Shown one piece after another: positions 56,318 to 64,000 of a DNA stretch of 64,000 bases. Within the stretch, counting starts at the first letter, position 1, and the number at the start of each line of letters is the position of its first letter. A program made the position numbers and the translations under genes. The stretch is from Octopus vulgaris (lineage: Eukaryota). The stretch is taken from the NCBI GenBank assembly GCA_951406725.2, contig OX597823.1, forward strand, positions 113,956,001 through 114,020,000, in the 5' to 3' direction. Below the pieces are notes generated by a model. That model worked only from the letters and a program-made list of their open reading frames with translations, did no database searches and had not been told where the DNA came from.

Positions 56318-57069
56318 TATATATGTAATGTAGCAATTTGCAACAAGCAATAATTAACGCAACCAAACTTCTACATGTTACTTTTGACAATCTTTTTCCA
56401 AAGAGTGAAACCGGTAAAAGTAAATAAACATTTTTTAAATTGCATTTTCAAATCTTCTTTCGTATATATATATATATATACACATATATATATAGGAATC
56501 TTCCTGTTTGCTAATATTGTAAACTGTAAGAGATACTTCTGCACCCAGTGGATATATTTTGTAACATGTGACATACATCGAAAGCCAGAAGGAGTATTAT
56601 GTAATATATAGTAACAGCACACCTGGCGAACACGACAAAGAATTGCTTTGAACTTCTGAGTAGGTTCCGTCTTCTGGCAACACATTGCATCATCCTGTTT
56701 ATTTAGTTGAGATTTTCAATGGCATTTCATAGCAAGACGTATAATTTCTTCTTCAACCTACGAGTGCTGCAACAAGATACCTTTATATGAGTAAACACGC
56801 ACGCACGCCTTATTTAACTATGAATGTATGTATGTATGCATGTTCTATGTATTTATGCATGTATGTATGCATGCATGTATGTATGTAAGCATATATATCA
56901 CATCATACGAAGATGTGTAGACATAGACAGATACATTATATACGTGTGTGTCTATACATATGTATCTATACACACAAACTTAATCGCATATGCACTCACA
57001 CACTCATACATTCACGCACGCACTCATACACACAAGCATGTGTGTGAGTGTGTGTGTGTGCGTGTGTGC

Positions 57070-57150
<81 letters not shown>

Positions 57151-57322
57151 CGTATGTGTTTGTATGTAACCGTGAGTGCATGCGACTGAATGCAAGCATG
57201 GAGAATATATTTCAATGTCTGTTTATTTTACATTTCTGATACAGTGCATCTAAGAAACTGTTTATCTGTGTTGTTTATTTCTTTAAGCTCTTCCCTTTTA
57301 TAACTCGCCGCCCTCTAATTCC

Positions 57323-57395
<73 letters not shown>

Positions 57396-57831
57396 ACTCA
57401 TTCACACACACACTAAGATGGTTATATGACGAAGTGGTAGAGGGGAAGAATAAAATTCCGGCCCCTTCTGTTACTAAAATTGTATCCTCTTTATCTTTGT
57501 ACGTTTTGTTTTTTAGTGTATGAAATCTGTAAAAGATAATTTGATATTTAGAAGTTTATATTCTACGTCTACAAATACTTTTCATTATCTCACTTTGCCG
57601 AACGTTGTTTTTGATGGCGATTCTTATCGCTGTTATTGTTATTAGAGTTATTACACTCCCTCTTGCTGGTGTTTACCGCTTAGGCTTGTACTCGTGTACT
57701 TAATGTTTCGTTCCTTCTTTTCAGTTTTCCTTTTCTTATCGTTGAAACCACACTTGGTGCTGTTATTGCAATTGTCGCAATGCTTGTCATTTTCTAGTCA
57801 TGATTTTTTAATTTTCTATTTATTTTATTTT

Positions 57832-58218
57832 TTTTTACTTGTTTCAGTCATTTGACTGCGGCCATGCTGGAGCACCGCCTTTAGTTGAGCAAATCGACCC
57901 CGGGACTTATTCTTTGTAAGCCCAGTACTTATTCTATCGGTTTCTTTTGCCGAACCGCTAAGTGACGGGGACATAAACACACCAGCATCGGTTGTCAAGC
58001 AATGCTAGAGGGACAAACACAGACACACACATATACATATATATATACATATATACAACAGGCTTCTTTCAGTTTCCGTCTACCAAATCCACTCACAAGG
58101 CATTGGTCGGCCCGGGGCTGTAGCAGAAGACACTTGCCCAAGATGCCACGCAGTGGGACTGAACCCGGAACCATGTGGTTGGTTAGCAAGCTACTTACCA
58201 CATAGCCACTTCTGCGCC
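57832..58218 (-). mobile_element. SINE family A, full length
   Basis: Reverse copy close to the other well-preserved copies. Confidence 0.9.
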
Positions 58219-59113
58219 TATGATAACCATAATTTTTACCATTTTCCAGCTATAAACATCCATTCTGAATTTATGGCATTGTGTACCAAGGACTATATAA
58301 TTCGACGGTGTGATCTTTTAAAACGAATAGAACGATGAGTCGGTGTGATTTAAAATGGTTTCTTTTGTTTCTAGCATCTCATGCGTCGCCGCATGGCAAC
58401 ATTTCTTCCTCTGGCGTATGTTTTGCTCACTAATGTACCATACATTAATACTATAATCCAAACTCCTATAACAAAAGTAAATCCATCAACTTCTATAACT
58501 TGAGAAATATATGTAGACAGAATGAAGAAAATCATTATTACGTAGTAACCTCCAGTAAAGTAATAAGTATCTGGTTATTTAATTTTATTTCTGATAATAA
58601 TCTATAGCAGACCACTAGGTGTCCAGTTGCTATCCAACTTATTTCTAATTATAATTCACACTAGACTAGTAGATTTCCTGCTGTTATTTACTGTCAAATT
58701 CGTTAATAATAGACTAATAGATGTTATGTTGCTTATTTGTTTTTATCACACAAAGATAGGTTTTCACTTGGAAATATCTCGGTTTTTATCTTTCTCAATA
58801 TTCCACTTTACCTGAATATGTTCATTTACAACTGTGTTCATAATTCCGTTGTCACTTATTTCATTCAATCAATTAGCTTACCTGAATTACAGTTTGAATC
58901 GCTCCCACGCACTCCTATCTGAACCCCAATTGTACAATCCCAACTTTTGATCTTCGAATTTTTGCTCTAGGCAAACTAGATGATATCCTAAACTGTAAAA
59001 CCAGATGTCATCGCACTACTTCAGAGTATCATAACATTTCTTAATTCCACTAATTATACAAAATCTCAGTAATGAATAGAGAAGGAAAGGTCACTCCAAA
59101 ACAGAGCAGTAAA

Positions 59114-59250
59114 GGCGACTTTGCCTTTCATCCTTTCGGGGTCGATAAATAAGGTACCAGTTTCGCACTGGGGTCGATGTAATCGACTTAATCCCTTTGC
59201 CTGTCCTTGTTTGTCCCCTCCATGTTTAGCCCCTTGTGGGCAGTAAAGAA
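59114..59250 (+). mobile_element. SINE family B, 5'-truncated
   Basis: CGACTTTGCCTTTCATCCTTTCGGGGTCG...GTAAAGAAAT. Confidence 0.85.
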
Positions 59251-59416
59251 ATTTATTCACACAAACACACACACACATACACAAACACACGCACGCACAC
59301 ACACGTGCATAAACTAAGACGGTTATATGACCATGTGGTTGTGGGAAACAATAAGATTGCTTATATATATTTAGAGGTTATATGTTAACCTCATTTAACT
59401 GGATATGAATTATATG

Positions 59417-59457
<41 letters not shown>

Positions 59458-59965
59458 TGGCTGCCCCCTCGTTATCGAGTATGGCCATTGCGTGAAGCTT
59501 AATCAATGTTGTTATCATGCAATGCCTGTGCAAGAAGATTTTTTTTAAAGTGAGGAAAGGCTGTGCATTGAGCCAATCCCACTCACTAAGCAACAGCAGC
59601 CATAATCCGAAAGGAAGAACAAGTCAACATCATCAGTAACCACTGAGCCGCAGATTTTATGTCGGAGTTATCCCAGTTACCTATCTATCATAGAAGGATG
59701 CCCTAACAAAGGCTAGGAATCCTTCACTCCCAATGTTTAATCGCGTGATCGGGTATTCAGTCCGATTATTTCTATGTCCCCGCGCATGGTACATCCTTAA
59801 GACATTTTTTCGATGGCCGTTGCCTCTCAAGAGTTCCTCCGCCCTTTTACGGATTTTGTTTTTCATCCCGCCGGATGATTTAATCACTCATCACTCCTAT
59901 CGGTTTATTCCATTATAGTTTTACCAACATCCGTCATTAAGTTCGATCATTACTCTTTTACTTTT

Positions 59966-60373
59966 TTACTCTTTTGCTTGTTTCAGTCATTTCACTCGCA
60001 GCCATGCAGGAGCACTGCATTTAGTCAAGTAAATCGACCCCAGGACTTATTCTTTGTAAGCGTAGTACTTATTCTATCGGTCTCTTTTGCCGAACCGCCA
60101 AGTTACGGTGACGTAAACACACCAGCATCGGTTGTCAAGCGATGTTGGGGGGTCCAACACAGACACACAAACACGCACACACACATACACACATATATAT
60201 ATACATATATACGACGGGCTTCTTTCAGTTTCCTCTACCAAATCCACTTACAAGCCTCTGGTCGGCCCAAGGCTGTAGTAGAAGACACTTAATCAAGGTG
60301 CCATACAGTCCGACTGAACCCGGAACCATATGGTTTCTAAGCAAGCTGCTTACCACGCAGCCACTGCTATGCG
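59966..60373 (-). mobile_element. SINE family A
   Basis: Full-length reverse copy whose head abuts the U6 3' end. Confidence 0.88.
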
Positions 60374-60375
60374 TT

Positions 60376-60480
60376 AGAAATGGAACGCTTCACGAATTTG
60401 CGTGCCATCCTTGCGCAGGGGCCATGCTAATCTTCCCTATATCGTTCCAATTTTAGAATATGTACCGCCATAGCTAGTAC
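60376..60480 (-). pseudogene. U6: Full-length U6 snRNA pseudogene
   Basis: GTACTAGC..AAAATTGGAACGATATAGGGAAGATTAGCATGGCCCCTGCGCAAGGATGGCACGCAAATTCGTGAAGCGTTCCATTT; ACAGAGA box mutated to ATAGGGA; upstream DNA looks like decayed SINE rather than a promoter. Confidence 0.93.
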
Positions 60481-60924
60481 AACATTGAAAAATTGATAAG
60501 CAAGTAATGATTGAAGGACAAAAATGATCTGAGTAGCACTTGAACTCGGGACTTTAAAAATATATAACTAAACACTGCAGGATTATTTATACACCACTCC
60601 TACCCATTCTGTCAGTACACCGCTAAACTAGCTCTAGCATTTCCGTATATATAAATTACAGAATGTTCCAAAGAGACATATATGTCACAGAAATCTATTC
60701 TGGCCATTTCCACTCCCAAATAAATTCTAGTATATATGTTTATAAACAAATCAGTTATTTTAGTATTCATCTTCAATATTTCCTAAGATGGCTTTAGGAA
60801 AAGAAATTTCCCTTTAATGTATTAGACAGCAATATTTCCCACGCAGTATAGAATTGAGAAAGCTTAGGAATTTCTACAAATAACATAGTAGATACATAAT
60901 AATAATAATAATAATATTAGTAAC

Positions 60925-60982
<58 letters not shown>

Positions 60983-61036
60983 TTAATAATAATAATAGTA
61001 ATAATAATAATAAGAAGAAGAAGAAGAACAACAACA

Positions 61037-61131
<95 letters not shown>

Positions 61132-61221
61132 AAGAAGAAGAAGAAGAAGAAGAAGAAGAAGAAGAAGAAGAAGAAGAAGAAGAAGAAGAAGAACAACAAC
61201 AACAACATTAATAATAATAAT

Positions 61222-62630
61222 GTCACTCCTGACCTTGGCACTCAGGAAAATAAAGTTAGGGTACAAACTAAAGGAAAAATTCCCAAACAATCAACCAGCT
61301 CCTCTTTATGGATGATTTGAAACAATATTGGAAGATGAGACACAATTGAGTTCCTTGAACACAGTCCATTGTTTTAGTACAGATATTAAAATGGAATTTG
61401 GACTCAAAAAGTTCGAAATAATCTACCTAAAAAAGGGACAAGATGCAGTCCCATGCCGGGAAAGAATTACCGAATAGGGAGATTTCATTAGGCAAATTGA
61501 AACGAAAGGATGCAAATGCCTTGGTGTACAAGAGGTCAACGAGATAATGGAAAGAGGAAATGAAAGAGGAACTGAGGATGGAGTATTTCGAAGACTGAGT
61601 TTGGTGTTGCGCTCAAAATTGACTGGATGAAATAAAATGCAAGTAGTTAGTATATGGGCGATAGTATCACTTCGGTATGGAGCGGAAATTATAAAAATGC
61701 CAAAAGAGAGAAATATAGAGAATGGATGCCGAGTTTAGAAAAATGTTGTGAGTATACGGAACCTTCCGACCTAAGAGTGACACCGATAAGCTGTACTTGT
61801 CCAGAAGGAAGGGTGGGAGTGGTGTGATCAGTTGCCAGGACTGAAGCAGAGGAAAAGAGCCTAGGGTGGTATATAAAAAGATGGCGTGGACCCACTGCTG
61901 AAATACACGAAGGCCGGCGCCAGCAAAACTGAAATATATTAGATTTTAAACAAGAAGTGAACAAGTAAAGAAGAAAAAGCATAGAAGGAAAAGGAAATGT
62001 ATGGTCAGTTTGCAAGAGATGAGAATGCCTAGACAGATGCAGAGGACCAGTGGCTATGGGTTAGGAGGAGTGACCGGAAGATTGAGACAGAAGCACTTAT
62101 ATGCGCAGCTCAGGAACAAGCGTTAAGGACCAATTATATGAAGTGCAGAATAAACAACACTAGCGATAGTGAGAAATGTAGAATGTGTGGTGAGAGGGGT
62201 GAAATGTTGTGGCACATCGTTAGCGAATGCCCGAAATTGGCACAACACCAATACAAAAGACACCATGACTATATGATAAGAATGGCTCATTGAGAACTCT
62301 CTAGAAATCACTGACTACAAAGAGCAAAGACGTGGTACCAGCAAACTCCTGAAGGAGTCATCGGAAATGAGAACTGCAAAATCCTGTGGGATGCCAATGA
62401 TCCAGTGCGATCACCAGACCAGACATCGGAAACCGGACATTGTTGTGGTGAATAAAAAATGAAAGAACATGTATGATAATCGACATAGCATGGCCTGGTG
62501 AAAAAACATAAACAATTATAACGATTTGAAGTGGGAAATACGAAGGTTGCGGATAACGAAGAGAGTAGACGTGATACCAATAGTAATTGGTGCACTTGGA
62601 AGTATCAGCACTCAAATACCAAAATGACTA
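61222..62630 (+). mobile_element. Degraded R4/Dong-like LINE (RT to endonuclease)
   Basis: LLFMDD, FSTDIKMEFGL, ETEALICAAQEQAL, CRMC..WHIVSECPKLA, KPDIVV and IVIGALG motifs; begins right after (TAA)/(GAA)n. Confidence 0.88.
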
Positions 62631-63891
62631 AAAAAAAAAGATGCCTTCCCCTCCTACACAGAAACTTTCCTCTTTGGTTTTTGTCTTAGAAGTGGTAGGA
62701 GTTATGCTGGTGAAGATTGTGACGACGGCAGCAATGTTTTAGTTAACAACCGTAGAGGCGTAAGTAAACATGATTGGGGTTCTTCATTATCACATACTGC
62801 CTCGCTTGCTTTGTTATTTCTCGTTCTGTTGCTGCTGCTGCTACTGCTGCTGCTGCTGCTGCTGTTGTTGTTGTTGTTGTTCTATAACTTCTACTTCTTT
62901 TGCATTCTCCTTCCTTTTCTTCTTTTTCTTCTTTATTTAAATTATTTTTGTTTTTTTTTCTTATAATTGTTCTCCTTTTTCTTTGTCTTCTTTGTCTTTT
63001 TTCTTCCTCTTCTCCGTCTCCCTTTTCCCTCTTCCTCTTGATCTTCACCGTGTTCTTCTTGTAGCAGTAGTAGTTCACTGCTAACTACCGCGGCAGTGTT
63101 TGTTCTGGTGAGAGCGATGCTTTCATTGTCGTAACACACAGACTCCTTGCTGTTTTATCGCTTCCGTTGATATTGTTGAAGTTGTTGATGTTTTTTACTT
63201 GTTACTAAATTACTGCTATGGGAGCACCAGTGTTGTATCAGTGATGGGTGACTTAGTAAGTTTTTGTTGTTCAGTTCGTTTGGAATGCTGCTTTTACTCT
63301 TGCTACTGCTGTTGTTCCCATTTGTGCAGTAGGTATTTTTTTCTTAGGCATTGTACTAAAAAGGAGGAGGGGTTCTTCGTACATTCATCGGCTCAATGGG
63401 GCAAGAAACAAAAGAGTTAACCATCCCAATGGGCTCTTGGTTAGCTTCCAGAAGTAAATAACAGACATTAACGATGAAAACCTGTCTAGACATATGAATA
63501 AACAAAACGTTACGGTGGGTAATCGGGTACATGTTGCGCGTAAAACGAAGACCTACAACAACGATAACAACAACAACTAGAATAACTTTATTATTTACAA
63601 CAGAGCTTTCGAATAAGAGACTCGCTACGATGATAGTCTCCGTAACGTGGAGGGTTTTTGCGCCATATCCACGGAGAAATACGGGAAATAAACTATATAC
63701 ACGTTATACATAAATATATGTGTGTGTGTATGTACGCGTGTACGCATATGTATATATATATATATATATATATGACGTAAGGGGGATCAGCCATCTGAAT
63801 GTGGCTAGGGACAGGGCGGGGTGGTGGGGGTGTTACTGATGCATTTAGCCCCAGGCGATCATCGACGTCACCAGAAGGAACGACACTATCA

Positions 63892-64000
63892 CGGTGTCCT
63901 TGCTAGCCTGTAAAGGGAGATCAGCCTCCCCGAAGATACGGATACTACATACGGACCGGTTGGGAGGCTGATCTCCCTTTACAGGCTAGCAAGGACACCG
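63892..64000. repeat. Perfect inverted repeat (>=39-bp arms, 31-nt loop) running off the window edge
   Basis: 63892-63930 is the exact reverse complement of 63962-64000. Confidence 0.92.

Noticed and set aside
58882-58992. Minus-strand 111-nt exon with CAG|GTAAGC donor
   Set aside because: Weak pyrimidine tract, stops in all three frames, isolated.
59455-59940. Possible LINE-derived fragment (similar doubts at 30040-30290 and 38880-39140)
   Set aside because: Composition suggests an old repeat, but no diagnostic motif was found.
60376-60480. Functional U6 gene
   Set aside because: The ACAGAGA box is mutated, the terminal T-run is broken and no upstream promoter is recognisable.

Overview
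Eukaryotic, AT-rich, microsatellite-dense DNA. The repeat families resemble those of coleoid cephalopods, most likely Octopus (inference from recalled families, no database search). There is no intact host protein-coding gene. Nearly all ORFs in the track are microsatellite or SINE artefacts, or dead transposon fragments. The window holds many tRNA-derived SINEs of at least three families, plus LINE fragments (Tx1/L1, RTE, CR1, and five R4/Dong-type pieces mostly tied to (TAA)n). It also holds Penelope-like pieces with GIY-YIG remnants and several hammerhead-ribozyme motifs, a near-complete but disrupted mariner, a Tc1 remnant, two inverted non-autonomous Helitrons, a U6 pseudogene and a 28S rRNA fragment. 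Five leads stand out. (1) A short Penelope-derived element family carries a minimal hammerhead with a non-canonical core (CUGU[A/U]GA-A), and one copy is physically linked to a GIY-YIG 3' end. (2) One SINE family has target-site duplications that repeatedly begin GGTAT, the same word at which its 184-bp tandem units restart. (3) Candidate minus-strand non-coding exons are bracketed by two competing inverted-repeat pairs, a possible circRNA or ADAR substrate. (4) A U6 copy is joined head-to-tail to a SINE. (5) A CRE-TATA-Inr promoter with a short first exon sits near the left end. Coordinates of degraded repeats are approximate.
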